From positions 15,371-79,370 of the forward strand of contig JBDNCJ010000004.1 in assembly GCA_046719715.1 (NCBI GenBank): a stretch of DNA of 64,000 nt, written 5' to 3'. Shown one piece after another: positions 20,621-30,782 of the stretch. The notes under the pieces are model-generated. The model was not told the DNA's origin and did not search any database. It saw only the letters and a list, made by a program, of their open reading frames with translations. Origin of the DNA: Chloroherpetonaceae bacterium (GTDB lineage Bacteria > Bacteroidota > Chlorobiia > Chlorobiales > Thermochlorobacteraceae). Both the position numbers and the translations under genes were made by a program. Position 1 is the stretch's first letter. Every line of letters begins with the position of its first letter.

Positions 20621-20735
20621 AACTGAATGAGAAATCCGTCTCATGCCGTCGTTGATGTTTCAGTATGCGCTTTTCACAAGAGCGCAACGGCTCGCATCGC
20701 CTTAATCGAAATCAAGCGGAGGCGTTTTGGTGAAC

Positions 20736-20850
20736 GGTCATGTAACTTTTTTGTGTTTGTCCTTCTCACCTTGAACGAAGTGAAGAGGAAGAATCTATCA
20801 GCGCGTCTTACCGAGCGCGTCAGTAGGTTCCTCGCTCCGCTCGGAATGAC
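20736..20850. repeat. Family-1 dispersed repeat, full-length unit
   Basis: ggtcatgtaacttttttgtgtttgtccttctcaccttgaacgaagtgaagaggaagaatc ... ggttcctcgctccgctcggaatgac. Inverted halves can pair. Confidence 0.8.
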
Positions 20851-20891
20851 CGACTTTGAAACGAACCTATCGTGCGGGTTCAATTTTGGTA

Positions 20892-21104
20892 TTAATCTTT
20901 GCCTTCGCGCTGTTTGCGCTGATAGACGATTTCTTCGTAGATGCTGATGAGTTCGTTGTAAATGCCAATGCCAATGATTGTTGGTGCCCAAAGCCCCACA
21001 AAGATTCCGGCAAGTTCGTGGTTGGGGCTTGTGGCAAAAACGAAAAGGTAAATTGAAAGTGCGATTGAAATTCCTGCGCCCAAGAAGTAGTAAATCGGCT
21101 TCAT
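20892..21104 (-). CDS. Small two-TM membrane protein (hypothetical)
   Basis: MKPIYYFLGAGISIALSIYLFVF... Two hydrophobic helices. Start at the internal M (21104) is preferred. Confidence 0.5.
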   Translation of the reverse strand: MKPIYYFLGAGISIALSIYLFVFATSPNHELAGIFVGLWAPTIIGIGIYNELISIYEEIVYQRKQREGKD

Positions 21105-21207
21105 ATCGGTTTTTGCTTGCTTAAAACAGTTGGGTAATTTAAGCAAGATTCATTTCAGTTTTTGTAACTTCGTTCATCACTTTTCACAACTTAAACTTAC
21201 TCGTCAC

Positions 21208-21510
21208 ATGAAGATTTTATCCTTTGTTCTCGTGCTATTCGTCTTTATCAGTTGCGGCTCTGAAAAAAAAGAAGCCCCGAAGCCCACCGTCGTGAAAGTT
21301 TCTTTTAAGATTGATGGAATGGTTTGCACGTCTTGCGAAAAATCGATTGAATCAAAATTGACCAAAATTGAAGGCGTAAAATCCGTGAATGTGAGCCAAG
21401 AAAACGGCGACGCGGAAGTTGAATTCGACGCCTCAAAAGTCAGCGAAGAGAAGTTGGTTGCAGACATCGTCGAATTGGGTTACAAAGCCAGCGTTAAGCA
21501 ATTACAGTAA
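21208..21510 (+). CDS. Heavy-metal-associated (HMA) domain lipoprotein
   Basis: MKILSFVLVLFVFISCG lipobox. GMVCTSCEKSIE metal-binding motif. Confidence 0.8.
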   Translation: MKILSFVLVLFVFISCGSEKKEAPKPTVVKVSFKIDGMVCTSCEKSIESKLTKIEGVKSVNVSQENGDAEVEFDASKVSEEKLVADIVELGYKASVKQLQ

Positions 21511-21523
21511 TCATTTGAGAGCC

Positions 21524-21886
21524 ATGCAACGAAACGACTTTTACAAAGGACTGTTTTGGGGAACGCTCATTGGCGCGGGGGTCGGAACGGTGATGGGCAT
21601 TCTTTTCGCGCCACGCAAAGGCGAAGAAACGCGCCGCACATTGTTCGAGAGTTTGAACGCAGGCTTGAACCCAGAGTTGGATTCTCCGCTTGGTGAAATG
21701 CCTGTTCCGAACAGCATTCCGCCCAAAGAAGGCGCGACGCCCGCCGAGATTGACAATGAAGCCAAACGCCGCGCCGATGACATTATCGACGAGGCGCGCC
21801 TCGAAGCCCAACGCTTAATCCGTGAAGCCAACATGCTGCTTCGCGAAGCCGAGAAAACAGGAAAAGGTAAAACCAACGGGGCTTAA
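21524..21886 (+). CDS. YtxH domain protein
   Basis: GTLIGAGVGTVMGILFAPRKGEETRRTL matches the YtxH signature, followed by a coiled-coil tail. Confidence 0.7.
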   Translation: MQRNDFYKGLFWGTLIGAGVGTVMGILFAPRKGEETRRTLFESLNAGLNPELDSPLGEMPVPNSIPPKEGATPAEIDNEAKRRADDIIDEARLEAQRLIREANMLLREAEKTGKGKTNGA

Positions 21887-21894
21887 CGACTCTG

Positions 21895-22353
21895 TTGTCT
21901 TATCGCTCATCTCAAAATTTTCTTACCATGATTACACTTGAAGAAGTAAAGGCTATGGGAATCAATGCGCCGATAGAACATCAACGGGTGATTGCAAAAC
22001 TCATTGCAAGGCTTGGAACAATGTACTACGACCTCAAAACGATAGCCCTTGAACCGCTACCTAAAACCATGCTTGATGAAACGAAAACCAGCCCCGTTCC
22101 TGATGTGATGCTCTGCGACCATGAGCGCGAAACGGTTCCTGTAATTATCGAAGTTACCCGCACGCGAACCGTTCATGCAGATATGAAAAAAATCACAACC
22201 CTTATCATGACCGGCGATTTTGGGATTGATGAAGGATTCGTTTATGACTACAAGAAAAACGAGTGGCACAAATACAAAAAAGGCATCGGCGTTGTCGCTG
22301 AAAATCCGTCGTTCTTCGAGACACTCCATCTGGATTTGGCGACGCTTGTATAA
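21895..22353 (+). CDS. Putative Uma2-family (PD-(D/E)XK) endonuclease-like protein
   Basis: HQRVIAKLIARL, PDVML and VIIEVTRT spacing resembles the Uma2/DUF820 motif order. TTG start at 21895 or ATG at 21928. Confidence 0.45.
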   Translation: MSYRSSQNFLTMITLEEVKAMGINAPIEHQRVIAKLIARLGTMYYDLKTIALEPLPKTMLDETKTSPVPDVMLCDHERETVPVIIEVTRTRTVHADMKKITTLIMTGDFGIDEGFVYDYKKNEWHKYKKGIGVVAENPSFFETLHLDLATLV

Positions 22354-22419
22354 TTCGTTACAATCGTTTCATCACTTCTTTCATCAATCCATCATTTTTA
22401 ATCAACCGCATCGCCGCTC

Positions 22420-23208
22420 ATGCTCACCTACGCCGCACGAAACTTGGACGCAAGACATAAAGCCGTCGTTCTCCTTCATGCGTTTCCGCTTTCCGCCGAG
22501 ATGTGGTCGTCGCAACTCGATGCGCTTTCCGGCAACGGCTACGCCGCCCTCGCGCCGAATGCCTTTGGATACAACAACTCACCACAAAAACAGGATTGGA
22601 CATTCAGCGACTATGCCGACGCGCTTCACGATTTGATGGCGTCGCTTGGCATCTCGCAAGCGACTTTCGTTGGCGTTTCAATGGGCGGATACAAAGCCTT
22701 CGCCTTTTGGAGAAAGTATCCCGAAAAAGTGAAGTCGCTCGTGCTTTGTGCGACGCGCGCCGAAGCCGATACTGAAGAAGCCAAAGCCACACGCTACGCC
22801 TTCATCGATGCGCTTTTGAAAAACGGCAAAGAAGAAGCCGTCGCTCGAATGCTTCCTAAACTCTTGGGCGAAACCTCACATCGCTCGCGTCCTGAACTGG
22901 TCAAGCGCGTTGAGTCTATCATTCGCCAACACTCGCCCACTGCTATCATTGAAACGCTGAAAGCCCTTGCCTCGCGAGAAGATTCCGTCTCGATTCTTTC
23001 TTCCATCAGCGTGCCGACACTCGTTATTGCTGGCGCAGAAGACGCCTTGATGAGCGAATCGGTCTTGAAAGTTATCCATGATGGCATTGCGGACAGCCAC
23101 ATGAAACTCATTCAAGGCGCGGGACACTTACCCAACCTCGAGCAGCCCGACATTTTTAACTTCTACCTTTTAGAACACCTGCATCATCTCTATTCACATG
23201 CTACTTGA
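22420..23208 (+). CDS. Alpha/beta-fold hydrolase
   Basis: 262 aa. VVLLHAFPLS oxyanion region, nucleophile elbow GVSMGG, C-terminal GAGHLPNLEQP. Confidence 0.8.
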   Translation: MLTYAARNLDARHKAVVLLHAFPLSAEMWSSQLDALSGNGYAALAPNAFGYNNSPQKQDWTFSDYADALHDLMASLGISQATFVGVSMGGYKAFAFWRKYPEKVKSLVLCATRAEADTEEAKATRYAFIDALLKNGKEEAVARMLPKLLGETSHRSRPELVKRVESIIRQHSPTAIIETLKALASREDSVSILSSISVPTLVIAGAEDALMSESVLKVIHDGIADSHMKLIQGAGHLPNLEQPDIFNFYLLEHLHHLYSHAT

Positions 23209-23824
23209 CGGGTCGACGCTCACGTTCAGTTTTGAAAATTTCTTGCTCACCTTCATTCCGCTTTTTGTTGCGATTGACGCGCCGGGCACGTTGCCGATTT
23301 TCATTGGTTTGACCCAATCATTTCCCGACAACAAACGCCGCCGCCTCACCACCCAAGCCGTGTTCACGGCATTTGCCATCGCGATTGTGATTATGATTGG
23401 CGGAAAACAAATTTTCAGTTTTCTCGGCATCAGCATTTCCGACTTCCGAATCGCAGGCGGCTTAATTCTCCTTCTGCTTGCTATTCGCGATTTGGTGCAG
23501 TCGGGCGCCGACGAATCCAAACAGCCCGCCGACCCTGAAAACATCAGCATCGTGCCGCTCGGCATTCCACTGATTGCAGGTCCGGCGGTGCTGACGACCT
23601 TGCTCATTCTCAACGACGCCTACGGCTTCCTCATGACGACGCTCTCGCTCATTTTGAACCTTGTGATTGTGTTTTTGCTCTTTTACTTTTCGGAGTATGT
23701 GCGAAAACTGATGGGAGCAAACGGCGCGAAAGCCGTCGCCAAAATCGCCGCGCTGTTTATGGCGGCAATCGCCGTGATGATGATTCGCGTCGGCATTTTA
23801 GATGTGATTTCCCAAATCAAATAA
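23198..23824 (+). CDS. MarC family (UPF0056) integral membrane protein
   Basis: 208 aa, six TM segments. FIPLFVAIDAPGTLPIF signature. Confidence 0.8.
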   Translation: MLLDGSTLTFSFENFLLTFIPLFVAIDAPGTLPIFIGLTQSFPDNKRRRLTTQAVFTAFAIAIVIMIGGKQIFSFLGISISDFRIAGGLILLLLAIRDLVQSGADESKQPADPENISIVPLGIPLIAGPAVLTTLLILNDAYGFLMTTLSLILNLVIVFLLFYFSEYVRKLMGANGAKAVAKIAALFMAAIAVMMIRVGILDVISQIK

Positions 23825-24982
23825 TCACAGCAAGCGTTTGAGCACATCGGCAAAACGCCCCGCCGCGTCTCGGACTTCTTCTTCGGTATTGAACTTTGAA
23901 AACGACACCCTCACGCTCGCCCGCGCTTCGTGTTCAGATTTTCCAAGCGCCAAGAGCACATGCGAGGGTTTCGCCGTCCCACTGGTGCATGCGCTTCCGC
24001 TCGAAACCGCAATACCCGCCGCGTCTAAAGCTAAAAGAAGCACATCACCCACGAGTTTTTGCTTCGTCGGAATGGGAAATGACAAATTGAGAATATGAGG
24101 CAGTTTATTCACTTCGTCGCCGTTCAACGAAAACGGCACGTTCAGTTCGGCAAGCATTTCAAGAAATGCTTTTTGAAGCGAAGCGACGTGTAAGAAATCT
24201 TGTTGGAGATTTGCATGAGCAAACTTCAACGCTTTGACAAGCGCGACAGCGAAAGCGACGTTTTCCGTCCCAGCCCGACGATTGCGCTCGTGCGTTCCGC
24301 CGTGCAAGAGCGCGTCGACTTGAACGCCCGTGCGAACATAAATCGCCCCAATCCCTTTTGGCGCGTAAAATTTATGTCCTGAAATCGCCATTAAATCCAC
24401 GCCGAGTTCATCAACATTGAGGCACAATTTGCCCGCACTTTGCACTGCATCGGTATGAACAATTGCGTTATATGATTTTGCAATGGCGGCGATTTCCTTG
24501 ATGGGATTGATGTTGCCAAGTTCGTTATTGGCGTGCATCATGGAAATCAGGTTCAGATGGTCTGGGCGAATCTTTTTTTTCAAATCGTCCAAATCCAATC
24601 GCCCTTGCGCATCGTGCGCGATGAATTTCACCGTAATGTTGAATTTTTTTTGAAGCCACTCAGCACTTTCCAAAACGGCTTTATGCTCCAATGTTGATGT
24701 AATTATTTGAATTGGCTTGCCAAATGCCGCAAGCACCACGCCTTTGAGCGCGAGGTTATCCGCCTCCGTTCCGCTTGACGTAAAAAAAACTTCCGACGGT
24801 TTCGCGCCGATTTCTTTCGCCAATTCTTCCCGTGCCAATTCGAGCGCGTTTCTCGTTTGCTGCCCAAAGGCATGAATGGAGGAAGCGTTTCCGAAATGCG
24901 AATTGAGGAACGGCAAGAGTTCTTCGACCACGTCGGGCGCGACGGGCGTTGTTGAGGCGTTATCGAGATAAATGCGCGTCAT
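23825..24982 (-). CDS. Cysteine desulfurase (NifS/IscS-like, class V aminotransferase)
   Basis: MTRIYLDNASTTP start, SGHKFYAPKGIGA PLP-lysine, SSGSACTSG catalytic Cys loop. ATG at 24982 is preferred over TTG at 25042. Confidence 0.88.
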   Translation of the reverse strand: MTRIYLDNASTTPVAPDVVEELLPFLNSHFGNASSIHAFGQQTRNALELAREELAKEIGAKPSEVFFTSSGTEADNLALKGVVLAAFGKPIQIITSTLEHKAVLESAEWLQKKFNITVKFIAHDAQGRLDLDDLKKKIRPDHLNLISMMHANNELGNINPIKEIAAIAKSYNAIVHTDAVQSAGKLCLNVDELGVDLMAISGHKFYAPKGIGAIYVRTGVQVDALLHGGTHERNRRAGTENVAFAVALVKALKFAHANLQQDFLHVASLQKAFLEMLAELNVPFSLNGDEVNKLPHILNLSFPIPTKQKLVGDVLLLALDAAGIAVSSGSACTSGTAKPSHVLLALGKSEHEARASVRVSFSKFNTEEEVRDAAGRFADVLKRLL

Positions 24983-25113
24983 TGAATTTTTGACAACCTT
25001 TTGAAAACCTTTTGACGTTTTTTTGACGAAGGCGAACAGCAACTTTGCGTTTTTTCAAACGAACACTTTTGCAAACGATTAAGTGCATTTCGTCAATTTT
25101 AATTTCAATAGCC

Positions 25114-26163
25114 ATGATGCCACGCTTAACGCTTTTCTTGTTCCTCCTCTCCGCGCTCTTTCTCTCCGCTTCGCTTTCTGCACAAAGTTTGAAAATCGAA
25201 TACTCGGAAGATGACGACGACATTGAATCGGTTGAAGAAGACGACGATGAACCCGCACGTGATAAAAAGAAGAAGCACAAATTTGAACTCGATACACAAA
25301 AAGGGCGGATTTACTACTACGATTCTGAAAGTAAAAAACGCCACTCAAAACCTCGCCGCAAATGGTATCATCGCTTGGACGGCTACTACGACGACTTGCC
25401 GCTTTTCTTCCCTGAAAAGAGACCGACGGTAAGCGTCGCTTTCGGCACACAAGGCTCGATTTACACCGCTCCCAACGCGCCAATCGCCTTTACCTATTTT
25501 GATGCGTCGCTCGGCTATATCAACGAGCGAATTTCCTCTTTTGCTCCAAACAGCGTATTCAAATACGGACATCAATACTTGTTTCTTTCAAATCAAACGA
25601 ACGTTGATATGAGTTTGAGTTTCAACGCGCTGACGGGCATCGAGTCCAATGTTTGGCGCGTCGGATTGGGAAGCAAGCAAGGCTACGGCTATCGAAGCGG
25701 TCAGTTTTCGCTTACGCCGTATCACGGCAATGCGGCGGTTTGGACGAACATCGGCTACACAAACTTCGCCTCGCTTTCCGAATCAGAGCAACGTTTGCTT
25801 TCGGACTTCAACAACGCCGTGCGATTCGGCAGCATGACGGAGGGCGGCGTGCGTCTTGGATTCGTTGAGCCGATTGCGCTTGACGTGTCGTTTCAGCGCA
25901 CGGTGGTCATGCGGCGGTTTGTTTTTTGGCAGTGGCTTGGAAGTTACGGGCTTGAATCCTTGTCGCAATCGCTCCTCGATGGATTCATTCGCGAAATTTA
26001 CAAGTCGTCGCCCGCCTTCGCCCCGATTATGAACTTCGCGCTCAAAAACGCTTTGGCTTACGGCATTTACCAACTGCGACGCGAAAACATGAACACGCCT
26101 TTTGAAAGCGAAGCACCGATTCACTTCGATATGTTCCGCATCGGTCTGACATTTTCCTTTTGA
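25114..26163 (+). CDS. Secreted hypothetical protein, possible outer-membrane beta-barrel
   Basis: Signal peptide MMPRLTLFLFLLSALFLSASLSAQS, acidic run EDDDDIESVEEDDDE, alternating-hydrophobic segments, and a terminal ...GLTFSF ending in Phe. Confidence 0.6.
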   Translation: MMPRLTLFLFLLSALFLSASLSAQSLKIEYSEDDDDIESVEEDDDEPARDKKKKHKFELDTQKGRIYYYDSESKKRHSKPRRKWYHRLDGYYDDLPLFFPEKRPTVSVAFGTQGSIYTAPNAPIAFTYFDASLGYINERISSFAPNSVFKYGHQYLFLSNQTNVDMSLSFNALTGIESNVWRVGLGSKQGYGYRSGQFSLTPYHGNAAVWTNIGYTNFASLSESEQRLLSDFNNAVRFGSMTEGGVRLGFVEPIALDVSFQRTVVMRRFVFWQWLGSYGLESLSQSLLDGFIREIYKSSPAFAPIMNFALKNALAYGIYQLRRENMNTPFESEAPIHFDMFRIGLTFSF

Positions 26164-26181
26164 AGTTTTCTAAACCAATTT

Positions 26182-26871
26182 TCAAACGGCTATAACAACG
26201 ACTTTTTCTTTGAACTTTTCGCCAAGAAAATCAATCGGGTGTTGCTCAATATGTTCAGGAAACGCGAGTTGCTCTGCACCTTGAATCAGGGCTTGCCCGA
26301 TTTCTTCTTCCAAGTCGCCGCCTTTGAGGCAAAGCAATTTGCCGCCTTTTTTGAGGAGCGGTCGGCACCACGCGCACAGTTCGGGCATTGCCGCTACTTG
26401 CCTGCTGACAATTACATCAAACTTGACGTTTTTTAATTCATCGGAGCGGGATTTTTGCGCGAGCACGTTTTTCAGTTCAAGTTTCTCAATCATATCCGAG
26501 CACGCCGCAATTTTTTTTCCGATGGAATCAATCAGCAAAAAGTAAGTGTCGGGAAAGACAATGGCGAGCGGGATTCCGGGCAATCCGCCGCCCGTTCCTA
26601 AATCCAAGACACGCGCTTTGGGCTTGAAGGCGTGAAAAAGCGCGAGTGAAAGCGCGTGAAGCACATGCTTCGTGAGGACGGCGTCTTCATCTTTTCGTGA
26701 AATGAGATTGACTTTTTTATTCCAATCGAGTAGCAATTCGGCGTATTTCCAGAGTTGCTCTTGTTGATGTTGGGTTAAGGGAAGCCCTTTTTCAGAGAGT
26801 CGGTCGGCAAGGTCGATGAGTTCCGTACGGTTCAAGTCTGGTTGCGGTTTTGTTTCTAAAAGTTCGTTCAA
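26182..26871 (-). CDS. rsmG: 16S rRNA (guanine527-N7)-methyltransferase RsmG
   Basis: SAM motif LDLGTGGGLPGIPLA and WNKKVNLIS region. The TTG at 26871 gives 229 aa and avoids a 152-nt antisense overlap with the divergent lipoprotein gene. ATG at 27072 is the alternative. Confidence 0.8.
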   Translation of the reverse strand: MNELLETKPQPDLNRTELIDLADRLSEKGLPLTQHQQEQLWKYAELLLDWNKKVNLISRKDEDAVLTKHVLHALSLALFHAFKPKARVLDLGTGGGLPGIPLAIVFPDTYFLLIDSIGKKIAACSDMIEKLELKNVLAQKSRSDELKNVKFDVIVSRQVAAMPELCAWCRPLLKKGGKLLCLKGGDLEEEIGQALIQGAEQLAFPEHIEQHPIDFLGEKFKEKVVVIAV

Positions 26872-26920
26872 AGATATGTATTTTTGGTTTTCGCATTTTT
26901 TACAATTCAACGAAGTTTTT

Positions 26921-27913
26921 ATGTCTCGCACGAAGCATCTTTTTTTCTTGCTTATTTTGGGAACGACTGTGTTTCTCAATGCCTGCCGCAGCACGAAGGA
27001 AGTTTCAACCGCTGAACTTGAATCTGCCACACGCGACAGTCTTGCCAGCGTGAACGGCAAAGCCTTTTTCATTAAGGGGATTGAGGCTTACAATCAACAA
27101 TCTTACTCGGAGGCAATCGCGCAGTTCAAATCCGCCGAGCCGTTCATTTTCACCGGCACGAAATTCAACGCCAACGATAAAGCCTTGCTCTACAACGCAC
27201 TCGGTAAATGCTTTTTCTTCTCAGGCATCGCCGACTCCGCCGCTTACTACTTCACCGCCGCACAAATTATCGAGCCTCAAAACTACGAAGCCTACAACAA
27301 CTCCGGCTACGTCAAATTCATTCAGCGCGAATACGATTTAGCCGTTTCCGATTTCAAGAAATCTCTCTCCATTAAACCCGACTACGGCGAAGCGATTGAA
27401 AATCTCAAACTCACCGAAGAGTTCAAATCGGGCAAACTCACTTGGGACGCGGACGCGCTCTTCGATAAAGCCGAAGCCATGCAAAACATCGATGAGAAAA
27501 TTTCGCTTTATTCGCGCCTCGTAGAATTGCAACCGAAGTTTGCCGACGCAAAAAACAACCTCGGCGTCGCGCTCTTTCGCAAAGGTCGCCTCGACGACGC
27601 ACTGAACCTTTTCACACAACTCGTCGCTGAACACCCCGACTATGCGATGGGCTACAACAATTTGGGTTTCATCTGTGAAGCCAAAGGCTTGAAAGAAGAA
27701 GCAATTTCAAATTATCGCAAGGCGGTTGAACTTGATGGGCAATTTGTTTTAGCGTTGGAAAATCTTTCATCTGTTCTCTACGACCAAGCCGATTACGACG
27801 GCGCGCTCAAAGCCGCGAAAAATGTTTTACTTTACGAACCCAATAACAGCGACGCCAAAACACGCATCGCCTTGTGCGAAAAACAACTGAAAAACAACCG
27901 AAAGAAAAAATAA
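26921..27913 (+). CDS. TPR-repeat lipoprotein
   Basis: MSRTKHLFFLLILGTTVFLNAC lipobox, followed by 34-aa TPR repeats. Confidence 0.8.
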   Translation: MSRTKHLFFLLILGTTVFLNACRSTKEVSTAELESATRDSLASVNGKAFFIKGIEAYNQQSYSEAIAQFKSAEPFIFTGTKFNANDKALLYNALGKCFFFSGIADSAAYYFTAAQIIEPQNYEAYNNSGYVKFIQREYDLAVSDFKKSLSIKPDYGEAIENLKLTEEFKSGKLTWDADALFDKAEAMQNIDEKISLYSRLVELQPKFADAKNNLGVALFRKGRLDDALNLFTQLVAEHPDYAMGYNNLGFICEAKGLKEEAISNYRKAVELDGQFVLALENLSSVLYDQADYDGALKAAKNVLLYEPNNSDAKTRIALCEKQLKNNRKKK

Positions 27914-27932
27914 CTTTACTTGTTGTATCACT

Positions 27933-29093
27933 ATGTCGCATGAATCTGCACCACCGACTGTTGCACTCCTCGAACACACCTACGCTGACGAACACCCGAA
28001 CCTTTTCGCGGTCATCATGGCGGGCGGCTCCGGCACGCGGCTCTGGCCACTTTCACGCCGACACTTGCCCAAACAGTTTTTGGATTTCTTCGGCGACGGC
28101 ACCATGATTTGCAAAACCGTTGAACGCCTCAAAGGACTTGTGCGCGATGAAAACATCATCATTGTTACAAATGCATCGGGACGCAAACTTGTGCGCAAGC
28201 AGTTGCCGAACATTCCGAAAAAAAACATCATCGTCGAGCCGACGGGTAGAAACACTGCTCCGTGCATTGCGCTTGCAACAGCGTTCATCAAAAAGCGCAA
28301 TCCAAACGCCGTGATGTGCGTGCTTCCCTCCGACCACGTCATTCAAAACGTAGCGCGCTTTCAAGAAACTTTGCGCGCATCGGTTGAAGTGGCGGAACGA
28401 ACCGCCGCGCTCGTTACCATTGGCATGAAACCTACGCGCCCCGAAACCGGCTACGGCTACATTCAAGCCGAAGACACCAATCCCGAAATCACAACCTCCA
28501 TTAAAGTGCGCTTCGGCGTCAATGCGCATAAGGTTAAAACCTTCGCCGAAAAGCCCGACATCGAAACCGCGCAACGCTTTTTAGAAAGCGGCGATTTTCT
28601 TTGGAACAGCGGCGTCTTTATCTGGCACGTCGACGCCATTAGCCGCGAATTCGAGCGATCCATGCCGCAACTGTATCTCGACATGCAAACCATAGAGAGC
28701 ACCGTCGGAACGCGCACCGAAAAAGCGACGATTGAGAACGTCTATAGCTGGACGCACTCGATTTCCATCGACTACGGCGTGATGGAAAAAGCCGATTCCG
28801 TCTACGTGCTCGAAGGCGACTTTGACTGGTCCGACGCCGGCAGTTGGGACGAAATCATGAAGTTCCGCGACCACAACTTGGAGCGCGAAGAAAATCAAAA
28901 TCTCTTGCTTCACGACTCACCCAACACCCTCGTCTTTAAGCCCAAGCATAAAACGATTGCGGTCATTGGTATTGAAGATGCCATTATCGTTGAAACCAAT
29001 GATGCTCTGCTTATCTGCAAACGCGGTCGCTCGCAAGACGTCAAAAACATTGTTGATACCTTGAAGCGTAAAGAAATGGAGCAGTATATCTAA
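27933..29093 (+). CDS. Mannose-1-phosphate guanylyltransferase (NTP-transferase family)
   Basis: AVIMAGGSGTRLWPLSR and GYGYI motifs. 386 aa. Confidence 0.85.
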   Translation: MSHESAPPTVALLEHTYADEHPNLFAVIMAGGSGTRLWPLSRRHLPKQFLDFFGDGTMICKTVERLKGLVRDENIIIVTNASGRKLVRKQLPNIPKKNIIVEPTGRNTAPCIALATAFIKKRNPNAVMCVLPSDHVIQNVARFQETLRASVEVAERTAALVTIGMKPTRPETGYGYIQAEDTNPEITTSIKVRFGVNAHKVKTFAEKPDIETAQRFLESGDFLWNSGVFIWHVDAISREFERSMPQLYLDMQTIESTVGTRTEKATIENVYSWTHSISIDYGVMEKADSVYVLEGDFDWSDAGSWDEIMKFRDHNLEREENQNLLLHDSPNTLVFKPKHKTIAVIGIEDAIIVETNDALLICKRGRSQDVKNIVDTLKRKEMEQYI

Positions 29094-29190
29094 ACTGCAC
29101 TACTCGATGCTCTACAATCAACAGCGCGACTTTCCTTCATTTTCCAATTAGCGAAAAAAATCCCCCTCTTGACAGCCGAAACAACCGATT

Positions 29191-29242
29191 CCCCCCCCGT
29201 AACGCCTTATTTTATCAGCACTTAAAAATTTTCGGGGGGGGG
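29191..29242. repeat. Inverted homopolymer pair C8 ... G9
   Basis: cccccccc at 29191-29198 and ggggggggg at 29234-29242, separated by 35 nt. Lies about 135 nt upstream of the 29377 CDS. Confidence 0.9.
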
Positions 29243-29376
29243 TAAAATGACATTTTTTCCTTGCATCGCCGAAACGCCCGCCGTAACTTTGTTGCGAACT
29301 TTGTTCCTTACCAATTTTCAAAAACAAAAGACCCGTTTTCCCACAACGAGAAAACGCGCCCAAAACAAAATGAAGT

Positions 29377-30750
29377 ATGAACTATTCTTTTTCCATCACG
29401 CGCTTACCTTTCGCACTCTTGCTCGCGCTTCTCGCCGTTGCACACAGTTGCAAAGAGACAGCCCCGAGCGCACCAACAACGCCAGAGCCACCGTTGCCGC
29501 CACAGCCCATTCAAACGATTTCTCTCACCGTTGTAGATAGCGCGAGCGTAGAAGCATGGCTGAAACTTTCAATACCCGATACGGTTAAGGAGCGACGCTA
29601 TCGGCTCTTTCTCAACGATTCGCTTATCTGGCAAGCAACCCTCACAAAGCCTGATACGCTTATGCTTATAGGTCTTGCGCCCGCCGCCACCTATCGCGCC
29701 CGAGCCGAACGCCTTACCACCGATACCTTCAATGTGACGGTTGATGAAAAGACCTTTCGCACCTTAGACACCACCAGCCAAGACTACACTTGGCAATACC
29801 TGCGCTTTGGAGTAGGCGCGAGTTACTTCCGAGATGTGTGCATTATTAACGACACTTGCATTTGGGCGGTTGGGCGCATTGACTCAGGATTATATGATTC
29901 GCTCGGCGTGCCCATCGTCTATAACGCCATGCGTTATGATGGAAAAAAATGGGAATATTTTGCTTTGGGGTTTCCATTCCTTTCTGGTACGGATACCGTT
30001 TTGATTCCATTTGAAGCTTTCTCTGTGTTTGGATTTTCACCGAGTGATATATGGTTTTCTGATGGTGGCTCGTATTTGCACTGGGACGGGAATCGGTATC
30101 GGAAACATGCTTTTGCATTTGGAAGCGGTTTCTCTGGTGGTCTAAAGATGTGGGGGACAAGTTCGAGCAACTTGTACAGCATAAATAATCTCGGATACAT
30201 TATGCACTATGATGGCGCGGTGTGGCGGCGAATGGAGAGCGGGACGACAACGAACTTGACAGACATCAGCGGCACGCCCGATGGCGAATCAGTGTGGGTT
30301 GCGGGTTATACCAATAATCAGCTTCAATCGTGCTTACTCTCATTAGAGAATGGGCAATGGCAATCGATTTGGCGATTTGGACAGCCTCCATACTCGAGTT
30401 ACCGCATCTTCGCAATGTGGGCATACAGAGGTTCGGCATTTCTTGTGTTCGAGGATGGAGTCGTATTTACTCACCAATTATTGAATTCTGACATTCCTAT
30501 ACAATGGTTTGGTTATGTTCCCGGAACACGATGCGCAGGAGGAAGTGCGCGCAATAACGTTGCTTTTGGAGGAGAGGGAGGGAGACTTCGTCATCACAAT
30601 GGCAGGCAATGGAAGGCTTTTGGCGAAGTCCAGAACCCTGACAGGAGTATTAGAGCAATAGATGTAAGCGATAAACTCATTATCGCTGTTGGTCAAAGCT
30701 ACGAACCGACATTGCACGGAGCGATGGTTTTATTTGGGCGAAAGCCTTAG
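29377..30750 (+). CDS. Lipoprotein/secreted beta-propeller-like protein (Ycf48/BNR-like repeats)
   Basis: Signal peptide LLLALLAVAHSC, P/T-rich linker, and repeated W..G/HYDG..W.. blade-like motifs. AT-richer than its neighbours. Confidence 0.7.
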   Translation: MNYSFSITRLPFALLLALLAVAHSCKETAPSAPTTPEPPLPPQPIQTISLTVVDSASVEAWLKLSIPDTVKERRYRLFLNDSLIWQATLTKPDTLMLIGLAPAATYRARAERLTTDTFNVTVDEKTFRTLDTTSQDYTWQYLRFGVGASYFRDVCIINDTCIWAVGRIDSGLYDSLGVPIVYNAMRYDGKKWEYFALGFPFLSGTDTVLIPFEAFSVFGFSPSDIWFSDGGSYLHWDGNRYRKHAFAFGSGFSGGLKMWGTSSSNLYSINNLGYIMHYDGAVWRRMESGTTTNLTDISGTPDGESVWVAGYTNNQLQSCLLSLENGQWQSIWRFGQPPYSSYRIFAMWAYRGSAFLVFEDGVVFTHQLLNSDIPIQWFGYVPGTRCAGGSARNNVAFGGEGGRLRHHNGRQWKAFGEVQNPDRSIRAIDVSDKLIIAVGQSYEPTLHGAMVLFGRKP

Positions 30751-30782
30751 CGCATAACAAAGGAGAACCCAATGAATAGTTC

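Noticed and set aside
26872-27072. Long form of rsmG starting at ATG 27072
   Set aside because: It would add 67 non-conserved residues and overlap the signal-peptide-bearing TPR lipoprotein gene by 152 nt on the opposite strand. The TTG at 26871 gives a normal-length RsmG. This remains uncertain.
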